The position numbers and the translations under genes were made by a program. The notes under the pieces are model-generated. The model was not told where the DNA came from, did no database searches, and saw only the letters and a list, made by a program, of their open reading frames with translations. Positions 36,791 through 45,933 of a DNA stretch of 64,000 nt are shown in pieces. This DNA is from an uncultured Acidobacteriota bacterium. Its GTDB lineage: Bacteria > Acidobacteriota > Vicinamibacteria > Vicinamibacterales > SCN-69-37. Every line of letters starts with the position of its first letter. Position 1 is the first letter of the stretch. The stretch is from contig CAVVUL010000013.1 of NCBI GenBank assembly GCA_963751445.1, forward strand, positions 5,552 through 69,551, written 5' to 3'.

Positions 36791-37980
36791 GACGCGCGCG
36801 CGGCCTCGATCGCGGCCCCAAATGTGATCTCGAGGCGTGCGGCGCGCGCGGCCCAGGTGTAGCGAGGCGCGAGGGTGGCCGCCGCATCGCCAAGCGACCG
36901 CGCCAGCGCCGGTTGCTGCTGCAGTTCCACCAACGCCGCGGCCAGCGCGGCGGCATCGCCCGGCGGCACCAGGAGCGCCGTTCGGCGATCGTCCAGCACT
37001 TCCCGGATCGCCGGAGAATCCGAAGCGACGATCGGGCGCCCGATCGTCAGATACTCAAACAGCTTCAGCGGCGACGTGTAGCGCTCGGAGATGGCGGACG
37101 CGGTGTTCGGCAGCACCAGCGCCGACGCGTCGGCCAGGCGCGTCCGGACCTCCCGAGGCGGCACGAGGCCCGTGATCGTCACGCGCGACGCGAGCCCAAG
37201 CTCCTGCACCAGGCGCGTGACGCGTGCCAGGTCCGGTTCGCCTGGATGCCCGCCGACGATCAGGCCGTGCATGCCCGGGGCGATCGCCAGCGCGCGAATG
37301 AAGATGTCCACGCCCTTCCAGGGATACAGATGACCGGCGTAGCCGGCAACGAACGCGGCGGCGGAGCGGGGCGCCGACGAGCCGGGCTCGGCGGGCCAGG
37401 CGCCGTCCGGCACGACGAACACCCGCGGCCTCGGTCCGAAGCGCGCGGCCAGTTCGTCCGCGAGCGCCTGGGTAATCGTGACGTACGCCGAGGCGCGGGC
37501 CCAGACGCGCGCCTCCCGGCGCGCCAGGCGATGCAATTTCCCGGGCGACGGCGCCAGCGCCGCGCGGCCCAACAGCGCGGGCATTTCCGCGGCCACCGTG
37601 TCCGCCAGCCCATGCGACTCGTAGACGAGCGGCGGACGGGTGGCCTTCGGCAGTTGCAGCAGCCACGCGGCGAGACCCAAATCGCGGGTCAGCACGACGC
37701 CATGGCGGCCCGTCGCGGCGATGCGCGCGGCCGACAGCAGGAACCGGAGCCGCCGCGTCCGGCCCGCGCCTCCAGCCGCCACGGTGCGCACGTGAAGCGA
37801 AGCGATCGGCGCGAGGCCGTAGAACGCGAACGGATCGCGCGGCACCGGCGCGCTGTCAGGCCGGACGACGAGCGTCACGTCGTGCCCGCGAGCGGCGAGC
37901 GCATGACACGTCGCCATGGTCTGCACGCCGTTGGCGCGCTCAATGGGAAATCGGGTGTCCGCGAAGCACAGCACCGTCAC
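36787..37980 (-). CDS. Glycosyltransferase family 4
   Basis: YAGHLYPWKGVD, TSPLKLFEY, SDSPAIREV, YTWAARA; intact ORF. Confidence 0.9.
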   Translation of the reverse strand: MTVLCFADTRFPIERANGVQTMATCHALAARGHDVTLVVRPDSAPVPRDPFAFYGLAPIASLHVRTVAAGGAGRTRRLRFLLSAARIAATGRHGVVLTRDLGLAAWLLQLPKATRPPLVYESHGLADTVAAEMPALLGRAALAPSPGKLHRLARREARVWARASAYVTITQALADELAARFGPRPRVFVVPDGAWPAEPGSSAPRSAAAFVAGYAGHLYPWKGVDIFIRALAIAPGMHGLIVGGHPGEPDLARVTRLVQELGLASRVTITGLVPPREVRTRLADASALVLPNTASAISERYTSPLKLFEYLTIGRPIVASDSPAIREVLDDRRTALLVPPGDAAALAAALVELQQQPALARSLGDAAATLAPRYTWAARAARLEITFGAAIEAARAS

Positions 37981-38026
37981 GCTGGCAGGCGATCCACGCC
38001 GAGGGTCCGCAGGCCGCGCAACGCCA

Positions 38027-38815
38027 TCAGACTCCGAGACTTCGCGCCAGCACGCCCTGCAGTACCTGCAGGGCGTTGAAGCCGGCGTGATTGGTCATGC
38101 CCATGACCGCCGACCCCCGTTTGATGTACAGCACCCCCCAGAACAGCCCCAGCGATCCGACGGCGATCGCCACGTCGCCGCCCTGGTCGACGTGCAGCGC
38201 GGCGAACACCACGCTGAAGATCACGAGGCCCAGTTTCACGCCGCCGAGACACTGTTCGAAGCGGTGCAGGATGAACGCGCGCTGCAATTCCTCGCGCACG
38301 CCGCCGCCCAGCACGACGACGATCAGGAAGATCGAGGCATCGAGCGGCGAGCGCATGTACTGTTCCAGCGGGCTCACCTTCACCGTGTGCAGCCACGGCG
38401 CCACGGCCCGGAGGCCCAGCACGATCCCCGTGACCGCCGCGAACATGACCGGTACCAGCAGCACGCCGCGCACGATTTCGCCCAGGACCGGCCGCCGGCC
38501 GAGGAACACGCTCCGGGAGTCCTCTCCGCTGAGTTCCAGGAACACGCGGATGAGCAGCGCAATCAGGGCGGTATCCAGCAGCGTGACCGTGGACAGGAAC
38601 TCGAGCGACAGGCCGTTGCCTTCGAACGGCTGCATGTTCGTCGTCAGGACCACGCCCAGCGCGACGACCAGTCCGGTCGGCACGCCCGACACCGCGATGG
38701 ACTGCACGATGGCGAACCAGCGGGGCAGCGATCGCGCGCGCACCGGGGACACGGCCGCCGGTGCGGCCGGCGAGGCCGCGTCCTCGACCGGCAGGGCGAA
38801 TTCCGGTTCTTCCAC
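38027..38815 (-). CDS. CPBP (CAAX/Rce1-like) intramembrane glutamic endopeptidase
   Basis: REELQRA (EExxR), FAALH, HAGFN motifs; multi-TM. Confidence 0.85.
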   Translation of the reverse strand: MEEPEFALPVEDAASPAAPAAVSPVRARSLPRWFAIVQSIAVSGVPTGLVVALGVVLTTNMQPFEGNGLSLEFLSTVTLLDTALIALLIRVFLELSGEDSRSVFLGRRPVLGEIVRGVLLVPVMFAAVTGIVLGLRAVAPWLHTVKVSPLEQYMRSPLDASIFLIVVVLGGGVREELQRAFILHRFEQCLGGVKLGLVIFSVVFAALHVDQGGDVAIAVGSLGLFWGVLYIKRGSAVMGMTNHAGFNALQVLQGVLARSLGV

Positions 38816-38856
38816 ACGCAGAACTTTATCAGGGCCGGGGTAAGCTGGGCGACGTC

Positions 38857-40699
38857 ATGACGATGTCGCCACGCCTGGCCCGCGCGTGCCACTTGTGCCT
38901 GGCGTGTCTCTGGGTGATGCCGTTGTGGTCCGTGATGCAGATTCGGGGCCTGCCCGACATCTACCCGGGACTGATCGTCACCCTCCTGGTCGTCACCGTC
39001 TGGCGGCCCGCGGCCGGCCTGCTCCTGTTCGCGCTGCTGCTGCCGCTCGCGTTCGCGCTCGTCGATCTGGCGGCGCTGCCGCAGAGCGCGCCGCACGCGG
39101 TTGAGGGCGCGCTGCTGGCGTTCCTGGCCGGAGCCAGCCTGCGAGCGGTCGTGGATCGGGGCGAGCGCCTGACGTCCCGGCTCGCGGTGCCGGCGTTCTC
39201 GCTGGGGCTCGTGCTGGCCGCCGGGGCGCTGATGGCCGCGTTCGCCCAGTTCGGCGCCATGGGTGAGGCGGGCAGGGAGATCTGGCGGCACATGACCCGC
39301 GACTATCTGTCCGGGGCCGGCACGGTGCAGGGCCTGGGCGCCTCGCTCCGGTGGATGGAAGTCACGACGCTGGCCGTGATGGCGGAGCGGACGATCCGAA
39401 TCCGCGCCCGTGTGGTCTCCGCTCATTCTGGCGTCGTGGATCGGCGCGGGCGCCGCGACGGCCGCGCAAACGCTGGTGCGCGTGGCCCGGGTGTCTCTCG
39501 CCCGGGGTGAGGGCCTGTCTGGCGCGTTGAGTGTGCTGCACACCACGCGCGTCAGCGCGGTGTATCCCGACGTCAACGCGGCCGGGTCGTTGTTCGCCCT
39601 GCTCGCGGTCACCGCGCTCCTGTTTGGCGTGGCGCGCCGCCGATGGTTGTTGGTTGTTGCCGTGGCGCCGGTGCTGCTGGCGGCGATGCTGGCCACCCAG
39701 TCGCGCGCGGCGATCGTCGCGGTGGTCGTCATGCTCGGCGTGAGCCTGGTGGCGACACTGGCGCGGCCGGGCCGCCGGGCGATGGTCGCCGGCGCCCTGC
39801 TGATGGTCCTGGCAGCCGCCACGGCCGTCGTCATGGCCCGGGGCCCGGCGCAGGTGGCGCCGCAAGCCGCGCTGTCCTCACGCGTCGAGATGTGGCGGGT
39901 GGCGCTCAAGATCGCCAGGGAGGACCCGCTGTTTGGCGCCGGCGCGGGGCGATTTCAGACCGCGTCGCGTGACTACCTGTCGCCGGATCTCGTCGCATCG
40001 TTTCCCGAAGCGGCGGCCGGCGAAAACGCGCACAACATCTTCCTGCAGGTGCTGGGCGAGCTGGGGCTGACCGGACTGACCGCCTTCGCGTGGATGATCT
40101 GGGCCGTCCTCGGGCGCGGCGCCTGGCACTCCGGCGCCGAGTACCACGCCCTGGCTGCAGGGCTGGCGGCATTTCTGATCAGCGCGCTGTTCGGCCATCC
40201 GCTGCTGACATTTGAGATCGCCGCCGCGTTCTTTCTGGCGCTCGGACTGGCAGCCGGGTCGGCCGCGGAGCCGGTCCGGCCCGTGCGCGTGTGGCAATTC
40301 GCGGTGGTGGCCGTCGTGCTGGCGTCGCTGCCGTGGCGCGCGGTCGTCGCGCTGGCGCCGGACGCGCCCGACGTGATCGGCGCGCACGCCGCGTCGGGCC
40401 AGCTCGACGGCCAGTCGTACCAGGTGGCCGAGCCGGTGTCACGGTGGCGGCTGCGGACGCACGCGCGCGCCGCGCTGTTTCCCATGCGGTGGGACGCGGC
40501 CGCCGGCCAGGACTGCCGCGTGCAGATTGTGATCAACGGTCAGCGCGTCGACGAAGTGGCGTTGACCGCGGACATGTGGACGCCCGTGCCGCTGATCGTG
40601 CCCCCCGGCGGCCGCGAGAGCGTCGCGGCCGAAGTCGAACTGCGCGTCTCGGCGAACACGTGCAGGCTCCTCATCGGATCCATAAGAGCCTGGCGATGA
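38857..40699 (+). CDS. O-antigen ligase / Wzy-like membrane protein (frameshift near 39400)
   Basis: D.NAAG, TQSRAA, R..MW..AL...DPLFGAGAG, AHNIFLQVLGELG. Confidence 0.82.
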
Positions 40700-40848
40700 G
40701 AAAGTCAAAAGTCAAAAGTCAGAAGTCAAAAGTGTGGAATGGACTGACGCGATTCATCTTTTCTTGGTTGCCGGGCCATGAATGAACGAGATGACCCGCG
40801 TCAGTTCGTTCCACACTTTTGACTTTTGACTTCTGACTTTTGACTTTC
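40700..40848. repeat. Family B element: inverted arms of AAAGTCA heptamers
   Basis: GAAAGTCAAAAGTCAAAAGTCAGAAGTCAAAAGTGTGGAATGGACTGACGCG (40700-40751) is mirrored at 40797-40848. Confidence 0.92.
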
Positions 40849-41960
40849 TACACCGTCACCCGATTGTGCGTCACGAACGCCAGGATCATCAGGACGCCAA
40901 AGACGAGGTTGATCGCGATGATCGTGTGGCGCACGTCGTCGCGGTCTTCGGCCAGCGCGAGCGTGAGCGGGACGAGAGGCACCATGTAGCGGTAGATGCC
41001 GTGGAAGGCCTCCTGCTGCGTGGAGATGACTAACACGCCGGCGCAGAACAGCACCTCGCCGAGCGGCAGCCGCCGCCAGTAACGCGCGAGCAAGCCCAGA
41101 TACAGGAACCAGAACGCCCCGTGCAGCCATCCGCTGATGCGCGTCGGGAACTGCACCAGGCCGACGAGCGCCTGGAACGGATACGGCGAGGGGTTGCCCC
41201 ACATGTCCTGCCGGGCGACGAACGCGCTCCACGAGCCCTGCACCTGCGCGAGGTACGCGAGATAGATCGCGATCGGCACCGCGAACAGCGCGAGGGCGGC
41301 CGCCGCTCGCGTCCAGCGCGCGCGCCCGGCGAGCGCGCCGTCCAGCCAGCAGGCCATCACCGGTACGGCCGCGAGCGCCAGGCCGTGTACGCGCGTCGTG
41401 GCTGACAATCCCGCCAGCAGGCCGGCCAGTTCGTAGCGCCGCCGCCGCGTGGCGACCAGCGTGCCGACCACGAGGAGGAGGAACAGGCCCTCCGTGTAAG
41501 GAATCGACAGATAGAACGAGCCCGCCGAGGTCATCATGATGGTCATGACTCGGCCGACGAGATCGTCGCGCGGGATCAGGCTGCGCGCGAGCAGGAGCAG
41601 CGCGGCGAGCGTGGCGAGGTTCGAGACAATCGTGGCCACCCAGAAGAAGGAGAGGGCCGGCGCGAGCTGCAGGATGAGCCGGATCGTCAGCGGGTAGAGC
41701 GGGAAGTAGCCCGCGGCGGCCTGGCCTTTCAGCGTGTTCAGTTCGTAGCCGTAGCCGTGCTCCGCGATGCGCTCGTACCAGAGCGAGTCCCACGTGTGCC
41801 AGACGTTCGCGGGATTGAGCGCGGCCGTCGTGTCGAGCACGGCCGTGCCCTGATCGGTGAACGTGGCGAAGGTGGCGACGCCAATGACGCCGAGCGCCGC
41901 GATGGCGAGCCGCGAGGCGGTGAACCAGGCGACAACCGTTCTCGCGCGCGATCCGCTCAT
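40848..41960 (-). CDS. GT-C mannosyltransferase, PIG-V/GT76-like
   Basis: WDSLWYERIAEHGY, YFPLYP, PYTEGLFL, TRVHG; multi-TM. Confidence 0.8.
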   Translation of the reverse strand: MSGSRARTVVAWFTASRLAIAALGVIGVATFATFTDQGTAVLDTTAALNPANVWHTWDSLWYERIAEHGYGYELNTLKGQAAAGYFPLYPLTIRLILQLAPALSFFWVATIVSNLATLAALLLLARSLIPRDDLVGRVMTIMMTSAGSFYLSIPYTEGLFLLLVVGTLVATRRRRYELAGLLAGLSATTRVHGLALAAVPVMACWLDGALAGRARWTRAAAALALFAVPIAIYLAYLAQVQGSWSAFVARQDMWGNPSPYPFQALVGLVQFPTRISGWLHGAFWFLYLGLLARYWRRLPLGEVLFCAGVLVISTQQEAFHGIYRYMVPLVPLTLALAEDRDDVRHTIIAINLVFGVLMILAFVTHNRVTV

Positions 41961-41995
41961 GAGCGCCCCGATTGTATGGGGAAAGCGCCGGGTCT

Positions 41996-42122
41996 GTCAG
42001 GTCACACGGAGGCACGGAGGGACGGAGGCACGGAGGAACTTCCTGGTTTTCGGCCCGCGTGCGAGCCGTTCCCCCAAGGGAGCTCCGCGCCTCCGCCCCT
42101 CCGTGCCTCCGTGTGACCTGAC
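41996..42122. repeat. Family A palindromic element, copy 2
   Basis: GTCAGGTCACACGGAGGCACGGAGGGACGGAGGCACGGAG ... CTCCGCGCCTCCGCCCCTCCGTGCCTCCGTGTGACCTGAC. Confidence 0.9.
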
Positions 42123-42135
42123 GACCCCCGTGCCT

Positions 42136-42939
42136 CTATTTGTTGCGCGTCGCCGTCCAGCCGGTGCCGCTCATCGTGTTGCCGGACACGGTGCCCGTGT
42201 ATTTCGTCGAGCCCGCCGTGAACGTGATTTGCGCGCCGTTCAGCCGGCCGTTCGTGATCCTCGTCGATCCCAGCGTGCCGGTGATGACCTGGAACTTCTG
42301 TGTCAACGTGAGCGGGCCGCCCGCCATAACCCAGGCGCCATCGACTTTCGCCGGCACGATCCACAGCATCGCCGTGCACCAGCTCGTGCAGTCCGGGATC
42401 GTCTCCGTTTGATCCGCTTCCCAGTCGTCCATCGTGAAGCTGTTCGACACGACGCGCGTGCCGGGCTTCATGTCCAGGATCGTGGGCCGCAGTTTCAAGT
42501 TGATGCTCGGCAGCAGGAACATCGTGATGACGTCGGCCTTGGAGAAGTCCGTGGCGAACAGATCGGCCTGGGTGAATTTCGTCATGGCCGAGACGCCGGC
42601 GGCTTCGGCGTTCTTCTTCGACAGCGCCACCATGTCCGGGTTGTATTCAATGCCCTCGGCGTGGAGCCCGCGCTTGGCGGCCGTGATGACCGTGATGCCG
42701 TCGCCCGACCCCAGGTCCATCAGGTAGTCCTTGGGCGTGACCTTGGCCATGTCGAGCATCTTGTCCACCAGGGCCTGGGGCGTCGGCACCCAGACGACGT
42801 CCTTGCCTGCCTGGCCGACCGTTGGCTGGAACCCGCGGCCGCCCTGTGTCTGGGTGGCCGTGCCCTGCGCGGCCACCGCTGCGGCCGCGACGACGAACGA
42901 CAGAATCAACGAGGCCTTGAGCACCTTCCGCATGCGCAT
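42136..42939 (-). CDS. Secreted class I SAM-dependent methyltransferase
   Basis: Signal peptide; DVVWVPTPQALVDKML, DLGSGDG, ADVITMFLL, KPGTRVVS. Confidence 0.85.
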   Translation of the reverse strand: MRMRKVLKASLILSFVVAAAAVAAQGTATQTQGGRGFQPTVGQAGKDVVWVPTPQALVDKMLDMAKVTPKDYLMDLGSGDGITVITAAKRGLHAEGIEYNPDMVALSKKNAEAAGVSAMTKFTQADLFATDFSKADVITMFLLPSINLKLRPTILDMKPGTRVVSNSFTMDDWEADQTETIPDCTSWCTAMLWIVPAKVDGAWVMAGGPLTLTQKFQVITGTLGSTRITNGRLNGAQITFTAGSTKYTGTVSGNTMSGTGWTATRNK

Positions 42940-43010
42940 CTCCTGCCCCAAAGGGCCAGCCGAACCGCGGCGATCGGGCGAACTGTGGCGCGGTAGGGCG
43001 GGAAAGTCAA

Positions 43011-43128
43011 GGAAACGATCGGGAACGACGGGAACTGGGGAACGACGGGAACTGAAGATCTTCATTCACCAGTTCACCAGTTCACCAGTTCTCCCGTTCT
43101 CCAGTTCTCGATCGTTCCCGTCGTTCCT
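43011..43128. repeat. Family D element: GGGAAC(GAC/TG) arm and inverted CCAGTTCA/CGTTCC arm around palindrome TGAAGATCTTCA
   Basis: Seen directly; abuts the stop codon at 43130. Confidence 0.85.
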
Positions 43129-43129
43129 G

Positions 43130-44064
43130 TCATTTTGCCGGCGCGATCGTGATCTTGATCTTGCTGTCCGTCGTGATCGCCTGGCTCTGGCCGCCGAGGT
43201 TCATTGTCATGGACATGGAACTCTCGGAGTTCATCTCGCTCGTCGGCACCAGCGAATCCAGATGAATCACCGTCGTGCCCGTGCCAGACCCGGCCATCTT
43301 GTCCATGTACATCTCGGAACCCGCCGGCAGCGCGGGATTGCTGACGGACTGCGGTGGCGCCGTTTGCTCGGATGTGACCTTCAGGGACACCGTCGATCCC
43401 TCGATCGACACGACCTGGTAGATCGACTTCTGGAAGATCGTCTGTCCGCCGCTGGAGGCGGTGGTGCGCACTTCCCATCGCGCGCCCACGCCCACGGTTT
43501 CTTCGGGAAACGGCATCGACAGATTCTCGGCGGTCGAGGTCACCGAGCCCAGCATCTGTTGCAGCGATGGATCCGCCGCTTCCATCTTGGAGGACTTGGT
43601 CACGCCGCGGCTCGAGATCGTGGTGCTGCCCTTGATCGACGTGATGCTCGCCTGGAGCGGCTGCAGCGCGGCGGCAATCGTGGGGTTGGCGTCCGCCGAG
43701 CTGTCGAAGGTGAGCCCGGTGAATCCGAGGTCGTAGGTAATGTCGCCGTTCGGCGCGACGCCGGTCACGGCCACCGCCATGGTCATCTTCATGCCCGGAA
43801 AGTCCATCGGCATGGACATGCCAGCCGCGTTCATCGCCATCGACATGTTCATCGTCATGTCCGCCCGGGCCTTCTGGCCGGCGGGAATCGTGTAACGCAG
43901 GGCTTTTCTCGGGGCGGCCCCGGGCTCGAGGAGCGTGACGATGGCCGGTGCTCCGACCGCCGGGTAGCCCGCCATCGTGGGCGACTGGGTCAGCGCGCGC
44001 GGGGCGATGCCGGCAACGAAGGTGCAGGCGAGGAAGAGGACGGGGAATAGACGGGATGATTTCA
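43130..44064 (-). CDS. Hypothetical secreted beta-rich protein (DUF6263-like)
   Basis: GTG start with GGAGG, signal peptide, PFPEETVGVGARW motif, Met-rich strands. Confidence 0.6.
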
Positions 44065-44156
44065 CGCGAAGCCTCCACGGGTATGGTAAATCAAGAACGG
44101 GCGTCACATTCGTATCAGGCGCTGAAACGCGTGCACCAGCAATTCGAAGAGTCCTG

Positions 44157-44197
44157 CTCCGCGCCTCCGTCGCTCCGTGCCTCCGTGTGACCTGACG
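44157..44197. repeat. Family A solo right arm, copy 3
   Basis: CTCCGCGCCTCCGTCGCTCCGTGCCTCCGTGTGACCTGACG next to the stop at 44201. Confidence 0.85.
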
Positions 44198-44200
44198 ATT

Positions 44201-45601
44201 CTAGTGCGGCGGCAGTTTGTAGAGTGACGATCGGTCCGTGAGGTAGCGCCACGCGATCGCGGGCGCCTCGAGCGGCAGTTCGAGGAACGTGACGCGCGCG
44301 TTCTCGACGAGCGTGAGGCGCTTCCGATCCATGCGATTCAACCCGAACTGAGCCATCAGACCCAGATTCCACCAGAGGCACAGGACGATGGTGACGACGA
44401 GCACGCGCCGCGGCCATCCCGCGCGGACGCGCGACCACAGCGCCGCCAGCCCGAGCACGAGCAGGGGCGTGATGGCGACGAATCGGCGCTGCCCGAACGA
44501 TCCCGAGACCGTCCAGGACTCGACGCTGCCCGACGAATACGCCTGCAGCGCGATCATCAGCAGCGCGAGGCCGGCGATCCGCCGCGCCGCTCGCGCGTCC
44601 ACGCGACCGCGCGACTGGGCGCCCGCATCGCCCGGCCCACGCAGCCACAGGGCCACGAGGCCCGCGACGCCGACGAGCGCGAGCGGCGTCCACGCGAACA
44701 GGCCGTGTGCCGGGTTGAACAGCACGGACAGCGCATGCGGCGCGGTCCACGTCATCTTGCGCGCCGCGGTTTCCGTCGGACCGGGATGGCCGTTGAGCGC
44801 GGCGTACGCGAACAGTTGCGGCGTATAGGCCGCGATGAACGCCGCGGCGCCCGCGATGGCCGTGACCAGCGACGGACGCGCCGCGCCGGACGCCGCGCGC
44901 CGCGCGCCGAACCAGGCAATCACGAAATCCAGCGCCGGTCCGATGACCAGGAACAGATCCTGCTCGCGCACGAGCGCCATGAGGCCGCCGCTCAGCCCGA
45001 GCGCGATCGCATCGCCGACCGACCAGCGTTCGCGCACGCGGATCCAGGTCCAGACGAACAGCGACACCGCAAACGCCGATGTGGCGTGGCCGAATCCCGG
45101 CGCCAGATACGCGTAAAACAGCAGCGGCGTGCCGGCCGCGACGCAGAGACTCGCGCGGAGGCCGTGGCCGACGACGCGCCGCGCGGCGAGCGCCGAGATC
45201 AGCACGGCGAGAAACGCGTAGCACGCGGACCCGTAGGCGACGGCGGCGATGTAGGGCCGGCTGAACCCGTCCGCGGGCGCGCCGGTCGCGAGCGCGACGC
45301 CGTGGCCGATCGCGTAGAAGGGCGCCCACAGCAGCGCGGATCCCGGCGTGGTGTAGTTGATGCGGCGGCCGGCTTCGGTCGTGCGTTCGAGAAACGTCTC
45401 GTGGAACTCCGGGCTGCGCGAGACGCCGGCGTCGTAGAAATGCTGGTATTCGTTCTGGAAGTCCGCGTCCCGGTCGAACGCGATCGAATGCAGCCACGCG
45501 AAGTACTCGACCTCGTCCGACGCGTAGAGCCGCGTGGTCACGGCCGGCAGGGACACGACGAACACCAGGCAAAGAAGGACGAGTTCCCGCCGCGTCAGCA
45601 T
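44201..45601 (-). CDS. GT-C fold membrane glycosyltransferase (GT39/PMT-like)
   Basis: SDEVEYFA acidic loop, multi-TM, HGLFAWTP, FGQRRF. Confidence 0.7.
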   Translation of the reverse strand: MLTRRELVLLCLVFVVSLPAVTTRLYASDEVEYFAWLHSIAFDRDADFQNEYQHFYDAGVSRSPEFHETFLERTTEAGRRINYTTPGSALLWAPFYAIGHGVALATGAPADGFSRPYIAAVAYGSACYAFLAVLISALAARRVVGHGLRASLCVAAGTPLLFYAYLAPGFGHATSAFAVSLFVWTWIRVRERWSVGDAIALGLSGGLMALVREQDLFLVIGPALDFVIAWFGARRAASGAARPSLVTAIAGAAAFIAAYTPQLFAYAALNGHPGPTETAARKMTWTAPHALSVLFNPAHGLFAWTPLALVGVAGLVALWLRGPGDAGAQSRGRVDARAARRIAGLALLMIALQAYSSGSVESWTVSGSFGQRRFVAITPLLVLGLAALWSRVRAGWPRRVLVVTIVLCLWWNLGLMAQFGLNRMDRKRLTLVENARVTFLELPLEAPAIAWRYLTDRSSLYKLPPH

Positions 45602-45680
45602 CTGGGGTCACATGCTAGCCGCAAGGGACCCTGGGTCCCAAAATAGGGCAAGTGAAAGAACCTCCGTACAGTTGACAAAA

Positions 45681-45728
45681 ACTCAAGATGTGGCGTCCTC
45701 CCGACCCCGGGGCCACAACATGTCGTAG
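45681..45728 (+). promoter_or_regulatory. Tandem NrdR boxes
   Basis: ACTCAAGATGTGGCGT (45681-45696) and CCACAACATGTCGTAG (45713-45728), 32 bp apart, match acaCwAtATaTwGtgt; upstream of an RNR gene. Confidence 0.78.
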
Positions 45729-45736
45729 GTTCACTC

Positions 45737-45765
45737 TTGACATCCAGCCACGCCGGGCGCATATT
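45737..45765 (+). promoter_or_regulatory. Sigma70-type promoter of nrdJ
   Basis: TTGACA-N17-CATATT; a second TTGACA at 45672 adjoins NrdR box 1. Confidence 0.6.
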
Positions 45766-45933
45766 CGTCGTCCGGTACCGCAAAAGACCCACGGCGATCC
45801 TCCCAGCGATTGCCAGAAGCCTTGCCCGGCAGGTTGGTTGCGGCGTCGATACAAACGAGTCGGATGGGAACGGGACGGTCGAACGGGGCCGTCGCGCCGG
45901 TGTGTACGGAAGACGGAATCTGGAGAAGCGGGA

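Noticed and set aside
38027-38815. CPBP 'Abi' protein as an anti-phage defence gene
   Set aside because: The Abi label for this family is historical. The context is glycosylation genes and no defence genes are adjacent.
45770-45933. Cobalamin riboswitch in the nrdJ leader
   Set aside because: No recognisable B12-box or GGGAA..GCCACTG core by eye; an Rfam search would be needed.
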